Notes: a model not told the origin generated them from the letters alone. A stretch of 32,000 bases of DNA from Saccharolobus solfataricus (GCF_900079115.1 NZ_LT549890.1:1350001-1382000), one strand, 5' to 3'. Counted from the stretch's first letter, positions 8,706-18,117 are shown. Program-made: numbers and translations.

Positions 8706-10316
8706 TCAGCAGTGACTAGTAATAAACTCCACAGCCTCTTTTATCGAGTCAACATAGTTTTCTATTTTTGCAAATCCGTGTCCCTCATCTTTGTATATCT
8801 TATATTTCACTTCTCTACCCAACTTTCTAAGTTCTTCAACTACTTGCAAAGTTTCCTCAGCTGGACATCTTGGGTCATTTTCACCAGCTAAGAGAAGCAA
8901 TGAAGTTTTTATCCTATCAATAAAGAATATAGGTGATCTATCCCTCAATAAATTTTCATCATTACCAACCTTTATTTCGTCATATAGTTGAAGTATTTCC
9001 CTTTCAAGCTTCTTTTCGGTAAACCAATTAACAAAAGGTACTACAGCCACAGCCGAACACCAAAGGTCCGAGAACTTAGTAGTAGCCATCATGGTCAAAT
9101 AGCCACCATAACTTGCACCAGTTATTGCAATCTTTTTAACTCCTAAGACCTTCACTGAATTTATAACATCTAACAACTCACCTCCTCCTGGGTCTTTATC
9201 GTTCAAATGGTTAAACCTCCTTCCATAACCTATAGATCCTCTGTAATTGGGACAAATAACCTTAAATCCTCTCTCCATAAAGAACTGAATTTCTGGGTTG
9301 AATGAGTTTACGCATTCCCAATCTGGACCTCCGTGAATATAAACTATACCCTTATCCTCACCACCTTTTTCATAGAGTAAGGCGTAAATCCTCAACCCAT
9401 TGGAGTCGTAAGAGACAACCTTAGGTTTTATGAAATTCCCTTTAGCATCGTTCATTGAGTCAGTTAACCTCTCTACCTTTTTCCCATATCTGTATAGGTC
9501 TGCTGATCTATCATGTTTAGAGTTTACAAAATAAATATAATCTCCATCAACCTTTAAGGAGTAGGTAAAGCCTTCATTAACTATCTCTTTTTCGTGAATT
9601 AAGACAAAGTTGCCGTGTCTATCCTCAACATAAGCGATAGAACCCTTATATGGAATAGCCTCAAAGATTTCGTAATCGCTTTCCCTTATTTTTCTGATCT
9701 CTCCCTTTAAAATATTAAACTCATAAACCTTAGATAAATCCTCGTGATTTGAGAGAAAGATGAATGATGAAGGAGAAGTAAAACAATTCTCATTTGCAAG
9801 CTCTTGCTCTGAGTTTGGGATATTAATTACATTAATTTCATTACCACTGAGATCCATCACGTGAATGTTATTATCATAAATCCCAGTCGAGTAAACTATG
9901 TATTTGCCATTAAAACAGTAATTGTTTACCGGTCCTTCACCCTTGCTTAGCTTAATATATTTTCCTTCATTGTAGAGGTAAAGATGTAATGTCTTTTTAT
10001 CATAGTTTGAGATTACTAGAATCCCTTCGTTTGTCTCGCGAGGAGATAAATTATCAAACTCATTATCAATAATTTTCTCTATCTTCCCGTTATCGTAAAG
10101 GTAAATTTTCCTAATTTCACTACCGTTAGGGTCTACTGTGATAAACATTTTGTTTCTATTTATCCAGTCTACTTCTTTGGCATATCCTTCGAGTTGGACT
10201 TTTTCCTTGTTGACGTAAAGGACGGGTTTTTCATCTCTTATAATTGTTGCTATTTTTCCGTTATATACGTCGTAATCGAGTACAGGTTTTATCTTAAATA
10301 AATCTTCATATTTCAT
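8706..10316 (-). CDS. S9-family serine peptidase (prolyl oligopeptidase / acylaminoacyl peptidase-like)
   Basis: Nucleophile elbow GASYGGY, the GENDPRC region and DEGHGF (catalytic His) lie in the C-terminal alpha/beta-hydrolase part. The long N-terminal region is repetitive and beta-propeller-like. Confidence 0.8.
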   Translation of the reverse strand: MKYEDLFKIKPVLDYDVYNGKIATIIRDEKPVLYVNKEKVQLEGYAKEVDWINRNKMFITVDPNGSEIRKIYLYDNGKIEKIIDNEFDNLSPRETNEGILVISNYDKKTLHLYLYNEGKYIKLSKGEGPVNNYCFNGKYIVYSTGIYDNNIHVMDLSGNEINVINIPNSEQELANENCFTSPSSFIFLSNHEDLSKVYEFNILKGEIRKIRESDYEIFEAIPYKGSIAYVEDRHGNFVLIHEKEIVNEGFTYSLKVDGDYIYFVNSKHDRSADLYRYGKKVERLTDSMNDAKGNFIKPKVVSYDSNGLRIYALLYEKGGEDKGIVYIHGGPDWECVNSFNPEIQFFMERGFKVICPNYRGSIGYGRRFNHLNDKDPGGGELLDVINSVKVLGVKKIAITGASYGGYLTMMATTKFSDLWCSAVAVVPFVNWFTEKKLEREILQLYDEIKVGNDENLLRDRSPIFFIDRIKTSLLLLAGENDPRCPAEETLQVVEELRKLGREVKYKIYKDEGHGFAKIENYVDSIKEAVEFITSHC

Positions 10317-10669
10317 AAATAATAAAAGAGGAGTAGAAATAAAAAGTTATTCAGATAGCAGGCCTCATATCACTAATCGCTCCCATTCGAGTTCATCAAC
10401 AGAATATGGTATAAATTCCCCATATTAAATTATTATAGTAATTTTTATAATTATTGAAAAGAAGTTAAAGGATTAGTTCTAACCTAAGATATTGAAAATG
10501 AATGAATTAATGAAGCAATAATATATATTTTGTATTAACAATTGTCATTTTCCTTATCGCGTTTACTGGGCACTACACACTTAGCTTCTGACAAATCTAA
10601 GTTTGCAACGGTGGGAAGAAAAAGACTATATTTCTTTGAGTCTCATTATTGTATGAAAATTTTTGACGA

Positions 10670-11897
10670 GAGAGTGTCCGGAATGTAAAAAATTGAATTT
10701 TTATTGGCAAGAATAAATTGGTTTTTAGCATTATCTTGGATTAAATTGGAGTAACACTTAAGTTATGGGAGTAGAGGGTAGTACCATGGCAAGAACATTA
10801 AGACACATACCAAACCTGATGTACTACCCTCTTCCCCCAATAGAGGATATGCCGTGGAGGGAAAAATGGTTAACGGAGATCAAGCCCGTGCTGGACGCCA
10901 TGGATTTGGAGAGGGTTCTGGGCGAGGGCGCGCTGGTTTACTTGAAGTTGTTAATCGTCATGGTGCTCTACTCTTGCTCCTATAGGGACGCGGTGAAAAT
11001 GGTTAACGTGAACGTGGTCGTGGCCTGGTTCGTGGGGAGGAAGGTGGGGAAGAGCACGCTGCACGACTTCGTGGGCAGGTTGTACGGGGTGAGGAAGAAG
11101 TTGTTGGAGATTTCCTTCAAGCTTGAGGAGAAGTGCCTACCCAGTTACCTCCCTGCGAGCGCGCATCTCGTGGACTTCATGGCGTGGCTAGTGGACTCCT
11201 TCCTACTGGACTTACCTCCTGGGAAGAGGAGCGTGGAGACCTTTCGGGAGAAGGCGGAGCTGGAGAGGAGGGAAGGTAACCTGGAGAGGGCCAGGAAGCT
11301 GCTCTCCCTGGGGAGAACCAAGAGGAGGTTCGAGGGAAGGTGGACCAAGAAGAGAGGGGTCTCGCACTACGGGCTCAAGGCCATAGCCGTGATCTCCGTC
11401 TCCCTCTTCGTGAGGTCCATCACGGTGAAGCCGGCCAACTTCTCGGACAAGAGGTTCAAGTCACCGCTCAAGGGGATTAAGATCGCGGACAGGGGATTCT
11501 CTCCCTCCCCGACACAGCTCATAGCGCGGGAGAAGCCCTTCACTACCCTGAGGGCCCACGTGGAGTTCTTCGGCACCTACCTGAACGCGTTCTGGAGGCC
11601 CTACGGGACCACGACCTGGAGGAACGACGTCTTCCTTCACGTCCTGGGAGTGATCTACAACATCAAGATGTTCCTCGCGATCCAACGGAGGACTCCTCCA
11701 GGACGTAGAGCCGTTCAGCTCTGAGACGCGCCTCCTCGCGATCAAGCAACGCTATGCGCGATAGGTAAATCCTCTCGTCTTGATATTTTTCCATTATAAA
11801 GTTTTTCTCGGTGATCCAGGTCCTACCCTTCTGGCAATATTAATATTTATCATTCTGTTTATCTATTCGTTCAGATAATTACATTCCGGACACTCTC
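10670..11897 (+). mobile_element. GC-rich IS5-family insertion sequence, about 1.23 kb (ISC1225/ISC1234 size class)
   Basis: Terminal inverted repeats GAGAGTGTCCGGAATGT (10670-10686) and ACATTCCGGACACTCTC (11881-11897). 4-bp direct repeats ACGA at 10666-10669 and 11898-11901. Confidence 0.8.
10765..11724 (+). CDS. IS5-family DDE transposase (start possibly the ATG at 10786, MARTLRH)
   Basis: IKIADRGF (second D) and RAHVEFFGTYLNAF (E) motifs. It fills the IS. Its GC-rich composition creates several antisense shadow ORFs. Confidence 0.75.
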   Translation: MGVEGSTMARTLRHIPNLMYYPLPPIEDMPWREKWLTEIKPVLDAMDLERVLGEGALVYLKLLIVMVLYSCSYRDAVKMVNVNVVVAWFVGRKVGKSTLHDFVGRLYGVRKKLLEISFKLEEKCLPSYLPASAHLVDFMAWLVDSFLLDLPPGKRSVETFREKAELERREGNLERARKLLSLGRTKRRFEGRWTKKRGVSHYGLKAIAVISVSLFVRSITVKPANFSDKRFKSPLKGIKIADRGFSPSPTQLIAREKPFTTLRAHVEFFGTYLNAFWRPYGTTTWRNDVFLHVLGVIYNIKMFLAIQRRTPPGRRAVQL

Positions 11898-12078
11898 ACG
11901 AATTATACTTGCTTATAGTCTGAAGGGCAACAACATTTCTAAAATTACACAAGACCTTTCTGTATGATAGGAATAGAGTCTTGCCCTTTAAAGTCTCAGA
12001 AAGTATAATAGAAGCTTTATGATTTATCTAAAACTTTTAACCACTGGCATAAGATAATACAGAATACCAAAGTGCACA

Positions 12079-12234
12079 CTTTTAATTCCTTTAGGAATTT
12101 ATCATCATAGTTCAGCGGGACTGGCCTATCTTCATTAAATCCTTTCCAATTCCTTATATGGAGTTATTCATTTTTAAATTCACATGCCGAATACTATAAA
12201 AAGTAGCTACTTTCAATCCATTTTAGGATTCATC
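12079..12234 (-). CRISPR. Decayed CRISPR array remnant (three degenerate repeats)
   Basis: The repeats are CTTTTAATTCCTTTAGGAATTTATC (12079-12103), CTTTCCAATTCCTTATATGGAGTTATTC (12142-12169) and CTTTCAATCCATTTTAGGATTCATC (12210-12234). Starts are spaced 63 and 68 bp apart. All resemble the reverse complement of the Sulfolobus repeat GATTAATCCCAAAAGGAATTGAAAG (recalled from memory). Confidence 0.55.
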
Positions 12235-12278
12235 GGTGTGTCTTTATACTTCTGCCTTTCTTTTTTCCCGTTATTGTT

Positions 12279-12441
12279 GGGCGATTCAGGTCTCCTTTGC
12301 TAATTATAATTTGTAAACAATACGTTGTAAAAATGTTAATATTAATAATCATGCATCTTTGCCAGTTAATCATCTTTATTTAGTTAATTTCGTAGTAATC
12401 TTTAAAATAAAGTGAATTCGCAACGGATAACTGAATCGCCC
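12279..12441 (-). mobile_element. 163-bp MITE (possibly the SM4 family described for S. solfataricus)
   Basis: 11-bp terminal inverted repeat GGGCGATTCAG ... CTGAATCGCCC. Related copies lie at 4504, 24099 and 25648/26890. Confidence 0.65.
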
Positions 12442-13069
12442 TCTGGATATAAAGGATGTATCATGTGACACCCATTACCAATATCTTAAGGATAATCGAA
12501 TTTGCATTACGATATATTAAAAAAGTAGTTTCATAGCGCTTACTCTCATTTATTACCCTTAGTCTTCAATTAGACTGTTTCGTATGGGCAATTATACAAA
12601 AATTCTCTCATCTTAAGATTTTCTATGAATTTTCATAATATTGAAAGGATTTAGAGTGTGATGAAAAGGGATAGTTTGCTTGTTCTAGCTCGTGTTTCTC
12701 ATATTCATTTAACTAACAAGTCTTTATGAGGATTCAGTTAAGCTTATAAGCTACGAACGGGCTAATAATAATGTGCCCCAAAATGAATTGATATAAACGA
12801 GCGACTTTGTATCTATATTCAATATTATCTACCGCCCAATTTGTCCTACAATGAGTATTTTTTAGTCTTCTTTCACGGGATAAATTACGTCAGATAATGG
12901 ATTAGAAAAATATTTAAATATCCAGCCAGACCATTCTATACTGGTGGATAAAAATGACTATAAGTACAAGATCGAGTTTGGTATTAGATATAATTTTTCT
13001 GAAGCTAAATAAAGGTAAAGAGGAGAAGAAGAAGGTTAATCTACAATAAGGAACTGAGGGGTGAACCCT

Positions 13070-13594
13070 ATGACGTTCCTATTTAAGGGTATAGAATGCG
13101 AAGTCTATAAAATTACGTCAGTCAAATTAAATTACAGAGCTAAATTTACCTATACTGACTATTATGTTGAATATCATGATAACTTCCTCTCAGTTAGCGA
13201 AATAGCTAACAAGATGCTTAAAATTAAGGAAATTGGACATGACAACGGTAGGACTTTAGAAGATAGTGTGAGGGAACTAATGAATGTTGTTCCAGCACAA
13301 AAAGTTTGTAAGCACTATATCTGTGGCAAGGCTGACTTCGTGAGAGAAGGAATTCCGGGTGAGATTAAGACTTTCAAGGAAGAGGTTAATCCAATTTATG
13401 AAGAGAAGGGAATACTTCAAGCAGTATTTTACGCAATGCTTTATGGAACAAAAATGTCGGAGTACGTTTCGGCGATTTACGAGGAGGATCTGAATAACGA
13501 GGATTACGCTATAATCAAAAGGATTGACTTTCATAGGATAATTCTGAGGAAACTAAGCTTGAAATATTTGCCTAAAGTTGAGGTGGTAGCATGA
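13070..13594 (+). CDS. Cas4/RecB-like PD-(D/E)xK nuclease without a Cys cluster (ORF track start 13061 is a GTG)
   Basis: Motifs CGKADFV (GxxD), PGEIKTF (ExK) and LQAVFYAML (QxxxY) occur in canonical order and spacing. There are no C-terminal cysteines. GAGGGG lies about 10 nt upstream of the ATG at 13070. The stop overlaps the next start (ATGA). Confidence 0.55.
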   Translation: MTFLFKGIECEVYKITSVKLNYRAKFTYTDYYVEYHDNFLSVSEIANKMLKIKEIGHDNGRTLEDSVRELMNVVPAQKVCKHYICGKADFVREGIPGEIKTFKEEVNPIYEEKGILQAVFYAMLYGTKMSEYVSAIYEEDLNNEDYAIIKRIDFHRIILRKLSLKYLPKVEVVA

Positions 13595-13851
13595 ACATAG
13601 ATATGGAGTACGTTTACATTTTGGTAACGAGACGCCCTATAACTGACAGTTTTGGAGTAGCGGTTATCTTTGAGGGACTAGGTTTGTGCTTCAACGTATT
13701 CGTCTATAAGCCTAGCCGAAATGCCATAATAATGAAAGTAGGCGAATTCAAAAAGCTTCTGAGATTCCTTAAAGAGGTAACGAATGCAGAATACAAAATG
13801 CGTGATTTCGGATATAACTCAGCACTCATATACTTTCTCAGGGAGATTTGA
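13591..13851 (+). CDS. Hypothetical 86-aa protein, translationally coupled to both neighbours
   Basis: ATGA overlap with the upstream gene. Its stop lies 2 nt before the cas6 ATG at 13853. Confidence 0.5.
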   Translation: MNIDMEYVYILVTRRPITDSFGVAVIFEGLGLCFNVFVYKPSRNAIIMKVGEFKKLLRFLKEVTNAEYKMRDFGYNSALIYFLREI

Positions 13852-13852
13852 T

Positions 13853-14575
13853 ATGATAGTTGCGGAAATTTTCGTTAAACCTGAGAGCGACGCTATCATA
13901 CCGTTTAGTAGTAAAGTGGGGAAGAGTTTGCTTTTGGATCCTAAGAACGTTTCAATATCTCCTCTAAAATACAAGGGCAAATACTTGATAAAGTACGGAT
14001 CAGTTTTAACTTTTCTGGAGGTTATTGGGGGTAATGTTTACTCTTTTGAGGTAGGTGGGGATGAGAGGAATGTGTACTCTGCTCTAATTAATTTGGGTGA
14101 TAAGAGTTTATTATTCAATACTTATTGGAAAGTTGTCGACGTTGAGGTTCATGAAGTTGAGGTTAGTTCGATACCGAAGAACTTTGGGGTTGATATTTTA
14201 ACACCGGCTTTGATAGTCTCTCCCTATGTGAAGGAAAAGAGGAAGGTGTTCACTAATAAGTCTGAGTACGTTTTCTTCAATAACATTATTGACGCTACCG
14301 GGTTCAATAGAGGTGATGTAAAGTTAAGTGAGGTGATTTCTCGTTTTGCTCAATTACTTTGGGAGGAACCGTCAATTATAGGATATGCTAATGTGAGGTA
14401 TGGTGATAAGTTGGTTATTGGGATGATCGGTAAATTGAGGTACTCGGTTAAGGGGGAGGATGAAGTTTTAATTAAGGTATTGGAGGACGCAATTGTGAGG
14501 GGTATTGGTTCGTCCAGAAGGAATGGGTTTGGTGTTGTAAGAATTAAGGGGGTGGAGGCAAGCTGGTTACGATAA
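13853..14575 (+). CDS. cas6: Cas6 endoribonuclease (type III-associated paralogue)
   Basis: C-terminal glycine-rich loop [15 protein letters not shown], size about 240 aa, and operon position. The ORF-track start 13784 overlaps the previous gene, so the ATG at 13853 ([10 protein letters not shown]) is preferred. Confidence 0.75.
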   Translation: MIVAEIFVKPESDAIIPFSSKVGKSLLLDPKNVSISPLKYKGKYLIKYGSVLTFLEVIGGNVYSFEVGGDERNVYSALINLGDKSLLFNTYWKVVDVEVHEVEVSSIPKNFGVDILTPALIVSPYVKEKRKVFTNKSEYVFFNNIIDATGFNRGDVKLSEVISRFAQLLWEEPSIIGYANVRYGDKLVIGMIGKLRYSVKGEDEVLIKVLEDAIVRGIGSSRRNGFGVVRIKGVEASWLR

Positions 14576-14586
14576 TCGGGTCTGAT

Positions 14587-15189
14587 TTGGTTTACCTTAA
14601 TTATGAAATAGAGAATTATACGAGGAACGTTAAAAGGGTTATTGTCTGCGGAGACGTTAAGGGATTTAGGTTGAGGGTTAATAGGGTTGAGGTAATTGAT
14701 AATTGTTTGTCTCTAGATGTTGAGGGAATAGCTGAGAGTATTGCTAGGAGGATTGGAAATAGTAAGGATAGTTATGTTGTTTTGCTTAATGGGAATTCCA
14801 ATAAGTTCGCTGCAGCTATGTTTTACTTGTTTTCCATTATTTGCAAAAGGGTGAAGTTTGTAATCTACGATAGGGAAAGGGTTGAACTGGATGGAGATGT
14901 TTTTAGAAAGGTTGAGATTGACGATAAAATGATTACTGTACTGGGGGAGATAATGAATGGACGTTATAAGATAGAGGAGATTGAGAAGGATACTGGGATT
15001 AGTAAGGCTACAATTTCGAGGGTTAGAAGGAAGTTGGAGGAGATGGGGTTGGTTAAAAAGGTTGATGGTGGGAAATATTGTATTAGTGAAAGGGGAAAGA
15101 TAGTTGTTTACGATGGAGGATTTTTCAGAAATGTGAAAAAGGGAGGAAGGTATTATGAGAGTAAAACATTATATACAGAGAGAGTTTAA
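14587..15189 (+). CDS. Csa3-like regulator: degenerate CARF-like N-domain plus winged HTH
   Basis: C-terminal IEKDTGISKATISRVRRKLEEMGLVKK is a clear HTH. The N-terminal alternating beta/alpha pattern with VVLLNGNSNKFAAA sits where the CARF loop would be. The start is a TTG and is uncertain. Confidence 0.5.
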   Translation: MVYLNYEIENYTRNVKRVIVCGDVKGFRLRVNRVEVIDNCLSLDVEGIAESIARRIGNSKDSYVVLLNGNSNKFAAAMFYLFSIICKRVKFVIYDRERVELDGDVFRKVEIDDKMITVLGEIMNGRYKIEEIEKDTGISKATISRVRRKLEEMGLVKKVDGGKYCISERGKIVVYDGGFFRNVKKGGRYYESKTLYTERV

Positions 15190-15574
15190 TTATAGTGTGT
15201 CTTCTCAAGATTTACTTGACATTGCTACAAGGATAGCAATATCTGCAATTAAACCTAAACCCAAAAGTAATAAACCAGAACCATATGTGGATTCTAGTAC
15301 GATAAATAGTTTGTTGAGTTTTCTGCAAAGTAGAAGGAATGTAAATGAGTTGTTACTTTACATTATGCGTCAAGCTGGGAGAGATGAGATAGATGAGGAA
15401 ACCGGGAAGTTGTTGTTGGCCAGTTTAAAGGATAGGGAGTTAAAGGATGCTGTGAATCTTTTGGGATATGTGAAGTGGGTTTACGATACTTTAACGGGGT
15501 TAAAAGTTAATTACAATAATGTGAAGGGTGTTAAGACCTTCAAGGAGCTTGTTAACATTTTGAGTAAGGTGTGA
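15155..15574 (+). CDS. csm2: Type III small subunit (Csm2/Cas11-like)
   Basis: 139 aa with helical-looking sequence, immediately upstream of the RAMP genes, with GGAGG upstream of the ATG. Assigned by size and position only. Confidence 0.45.
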   Translation: MRVKHYIQREFNYSVSSQDLLDIATRIAISAIKPKPKSNKPEPYVDSSTINSLLSFLQSRRNVNELLLYIMRQAGRDEIDEETGKLLLASLKDRELKDAVNLLGYVKWVYDTLTGLKVNYNNVKGVKTFKELVNILSKV

Positions 15575-16323
15575 AAATGTCTTGTATGGATCTTGATGTT
15601 ATAACGACTGTTGTGAAAATTGAGGGTAAGTTGCGTAATGAAACTCTCTTAAGAGTAGGTAAGGGTAAGACTCAAGATTTCGCTGAGGCTACTGATAATC
15701 CAATAATTAAATATAGGGATAGACCTTTAATACCCGGTTCTAGTTTGAAGGGGGCATTCAGGAGTTTAGTAGAGTCCTACACCAAGTCATTAAACGACAG
15801 TAAATATTACGTGTGTGATTTGGACGATAATAGTTGCGTTAGCTGTGAGGAGAAAAAGAAGGATAATGGGATTGTAGAGGGGAGATATTGTATTCCTTGT
15901 ATATTATTTGGCTTTAAGGATTTGGCTTCCAGGGTTTATATTTTAGACGCTATTGCTGAGAAGTACTCAATTTCCCAGAGAACGATGGTTGCGATTAATA
16001 GGGTTTTCGGCGGACAAATGCCTGGCCATTTGTATACTTTGGATTACGTAGACCCTGGTAGTGAATTTAGTTTTATGATGATGATTTATAATCTTAACTT
16101 GATCGAGGGGGAGAAGGATTGGAAGGCGAAGTCTGTTGAAGCCTTGAAGTTCCTTTTAGCGACACTGGTTAGAGAGGGGATTTTCGTAGGAGCTAGGAAG
16201 AGTGTTGGTTATGGTTTAATTAAGTTAGTTGACGCTAAGGTGAGTTTATATAAGGCACCAGATCACCTAGTTTCTCCAGTTATTGTGAAGAAATTGGAAG
16301 AGGTGATTGGTACTAATGGTTAA
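15571..16323 (+). CDS. csm3: Cas7-family RAMP (Csm3-like) 1
   Basis: ATDNPII...[14 protein letters not shown] (candidate catalytic Asp plus RAMP motif), the Cys pairs CVSC and CIPC followed by LFG, and the G-rich loop [13 protein letters not shown]. Confidence 0.8.
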   Translation: MKMSCMDLDVITTVVKIEGKLRNETLLRVGKGKTQDFAEATDNPIIKYRDRPLIPGSSLKGAFRSLVESYTKSLNDSKYYVCDLDDNSCVSCEEKKKDNGIVEGRYCIPCILFGFKDLASRVYILDAIAEKYSISQRTMVAINRVFGGQMPGHLYTLDYVDPGSEFSFMMMIYNLNLIEGEKDWKAKSVEALKFLLATLVREGIFVGARKSVGYGLIKLVDAKVSLYKAPDHLVSPVIVKKLEEVIGTNG

Positions 16324-17152
16324 CTATACATTTATTGATAAGAGAGTGATAAAGAGGACTACTATGATTGAGGGAGATGTGGAAACGGTATCTCCATTAA
16401 AGATTGGTGGGGGAAAGGATAATTTCGATCCATCTTCCCTGGCTAAAGATTCCATCCTAAAGGATGTTGAAGGTAGACCGATAATTCCAGGATCATCATG
16501 GAAGGGGATATTTAGATCTACTGGTGAAAGAATTTTAAGGTTAAGAAATATAGAAGTTTGTAGCGGTATAGGAAAGGATTACTGTTTGAATAATAATCGA
16601 AAAGAAAGGGACTTCAATAGTGCGTTGAAGGAAAACGTTGATCAAGCATTAGAGATATTTTGGGATTATACTTGTTTGAACTGTAAAGTTTTCGGAACGA
16701 TGAGTGTTATAGGTGCTGTGAGATTTCTAGATTCACTTCCCATTAGTTACTCATTGAACACTAGATCGATGATAGCGATAAGTAGGACGGAGGGAGCTGT
16801 AGCTAGGAGGGCCTTAGTAACTGTTGAATACGTTGATGTAGGGTCTAAATTTAGTTTTAAGATGATGGGGTACAATTTGCCTAATTACGCTATTGGTTAC
16901 TTAATTACGATAATGAAGAATATTCATGATGGCTTTACACAAGTCGGAGGGCATAAGAGTAGGGGGTTCGGTTTTGTGAAGTTCGGTAAGGTTAAGTTTA
17001 CCGATCTTGGAGAAAAGAGGATTGGTGATGAGGATATTCAAGTTAAGGATGTAGGTGATTTAGTGGAAGGAAATGGAGATGAGTTTTTCGGGAGAATGAA
17101 ACCTTTTATGGAGGCTTTCAATAATGCAAAGATCCCCTATCCGAAGAAGTAA
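16316..17152 (+). CDS. csm3: Cas7-family RAMP (Csm3-like) 2
   Basis: [14 protein letters not shown]...[22 protein letters not shown] and [13 protein letters not shown]. The start is ambiguous (TTG 16307, ATG 16316 or ATG 16364). Confidence 0.75.
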   Translation: MVNYTFIDKRVIKRTTMIEGDVETVSPLKIGGGKDNFDPSSLAKDSILKDVEGRPIIPGSSWKGIFRSTGERILRLRNIEVCSGIGKDYCLNNNRKERDFNSALKENVDQALEIFWDYTCLNCKVFGTMSVIGAVRFLDSLPISYSLNTRSMIAISRTEGAVARRALVTVEYVDVGSKFSFKMMGYNLPNYAIGYLITIMKNIHDGFTQVGGHKSRGFGFVKFGKVKFTDLGEKRIGDEDIQVKDVGDLVEGNGDEFFGRMKPFMEAFNNAKIPYPKK

Positions 17153-17951
17153 CTATACTCCTAGAAATGAAAAGGGATTAGAAGGGGTTATAGAGTTACA
17201 GCTAAATGTAGTTTCCGATTACTTACACGTAGGTTCTGGGAAGTATGATGTGGAGGTAATGCGTAGCGTTAGTGACGTTAAACGATTGGTTGAGGATTAT
17301 TTAAGCGGAGGTAATAAAAGAATCCCTAATAATGTTGATCAGTATTTCTCAATGGTAGCTTTTCTAATGGTTAGAAATAAGGATAATGTTGTTATTCCCG
17401 GGTCAACTATTAAGGGAATGGTTAGGAGTAGGTTGGAGTTATCTGTACCGGGTTCATGTTATATAGTTACTGGGCATTCTACTTCATCTTCTGCAGTTTA
17501 TAAGAGGATTTTCAATCCTGATCCAAATAGGGGTAGTGATAGGTTTGACGTTAATAAATTTCCACAAGTTTGTCCAGTTTGCGATTTATTAGGCAATATG
17601 GGATTAGCTAGTAGGGTATCGTTAAGTGATTTCGTAATGACGTCTGGTAAGGTAGATTACGTAAACGTTAAAGGAAGGGATTATGAAGTTGTTACTAAGG
17701 GTTCGATTTTCGCTGGAAAGGTTTTGTATAAGTCTCTGAAGCCTGTTGAAATTGGGATGTTATTATATGGTTTTGGTTTCGTTAAGGATTGTAATGGGTC
17801 TAAGGTTATGCTATTGGGTAGGTTTAAGTTTTCTGATAAGAGGTTTGGAAGGGTTAAATTTAGTTTGAAGACTCCTATAGCAGATTGTAATAAACTTGTT
17901 TCTGATTTTGTTAAACAATTTAATCCTAGATATATTAATGAGGAGTGGTAG
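17124..17951 (+). CDS. RAMP protein (Csm5-like / Cas7 group)
   Basis: [31 protein letters not shown] and the C-terminal [17 protein letters not shown]. Confidence 0.65.
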   Translation: MQRSPIRRSNYTPRNEKGLEGVIELQLNVVSDYLHVGSGKYDVEVMRSVSDVKRLVEDYLSGGNKRIPNNVDQYFSMVAFLMVRNKDNVVIPGSTIKGMVRSRLELSVPGSCYIVTGHSTSSSAVYKRIFNPDPNRGSDRFDVNKFPQVCPVCDLLGNMGLASRVSLSDFVMTSGKVDYVNVKGRDYEVVTKGSIFAGKVLYKSLKPVEIGMLLYGFGFVKDCNGSKVMLLGRFKFSDKRFGRVKFSLKTPIADCNKLVSDFVKQFNPRYINEEW

Positions 17952-17952
17952 A

Positions 17953-18117
17953 ATGAAGAAGTGTATTAGATATGATTTATATATAGAGGAGTGTAAACCG
18001 GGCAAGGATTACCTCTATGAGTTGGATTGTAAAGAAAGTGAGGAGGGCGATATAAGGAAAATTGAATGTAATGGGATAAAGTATATTGAGATGGTGGTTA
18101 GGTATGATAAGAGGTAA
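17953..18117 (+). CDS. 55-aa Cys-containing micro-ORF between a RAMP gene and cas10
   Basis: The ATG lies 1 nt after the upstream stop, and the 3' end overlaps the cas10 ATG (18104) by 14 nt. Sequence: MKKCIRYDLYIEECKPGKDYLYELDCKESEEGDIRKIECNGIKYIEMVVRYDKR, with four Cys. Confidence 0.4.
   Translation: MKKCIRYDLYIEECKPGKDYLYELDCKESEEGDIRKIECNGIKYIEMVVRYDKR

Noticed and set aside
11145-11745. Minus-strand ORFs 11145-11348, 11367-11576 and 11461-11745
   Set aside because: They are antisense shadow ORFs produced by the high GC content of the IS5-family transposase gene.
11956-12060. Additional CTTT-initiated segments (11956, 12014, 12033) as possible further degenerate repeats
   Set aside because: Their spacing is irregular (about 57, 19 and 45 bp) and their similarity to the repeat core is too low to distinguish from AT-rich background.
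12480-12510. GATAATCGAATTTGCATTACGATA as a possible forward-orientation repeat of the second Sulfolobus repeat family
   Set aside because: More than half of its positions mismatch and it has no periodic partner.
12954-13049. 31-codon ORF (MTISTRSSLVLDIIFLKLNKGKEEKKKVNLQ) between a TATTTAAATA box (12911-12920) and the first type III operon gene
   Set aside because: Its position is plausible for a leader peptide or first cistron. It is too short and too low in complexity to support from sequence alone.
13277-13534. ORF 13277-13534 (-), and similar antisense ORFs at 4159-4371, 8791-8991, 17811-18258, 21324-21545, 23613-23825, 24960-25511, 27564-27833, 27995-28183 and 28806-29042
   Set aside because: Each lies entirely within, and antisense to, a longer ORF with recognisable motifs. 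AT-rich genomes generate such shadow frames.
13784-13852. Extended 5' start of cas6 at 13784, as in the ORF track
   Set aside because: It would overlap the upstream 86-aa gene by 68 nt. The ATG at 13853 directly follows that gene's stop and gives a typical Cas6 N-terminus.
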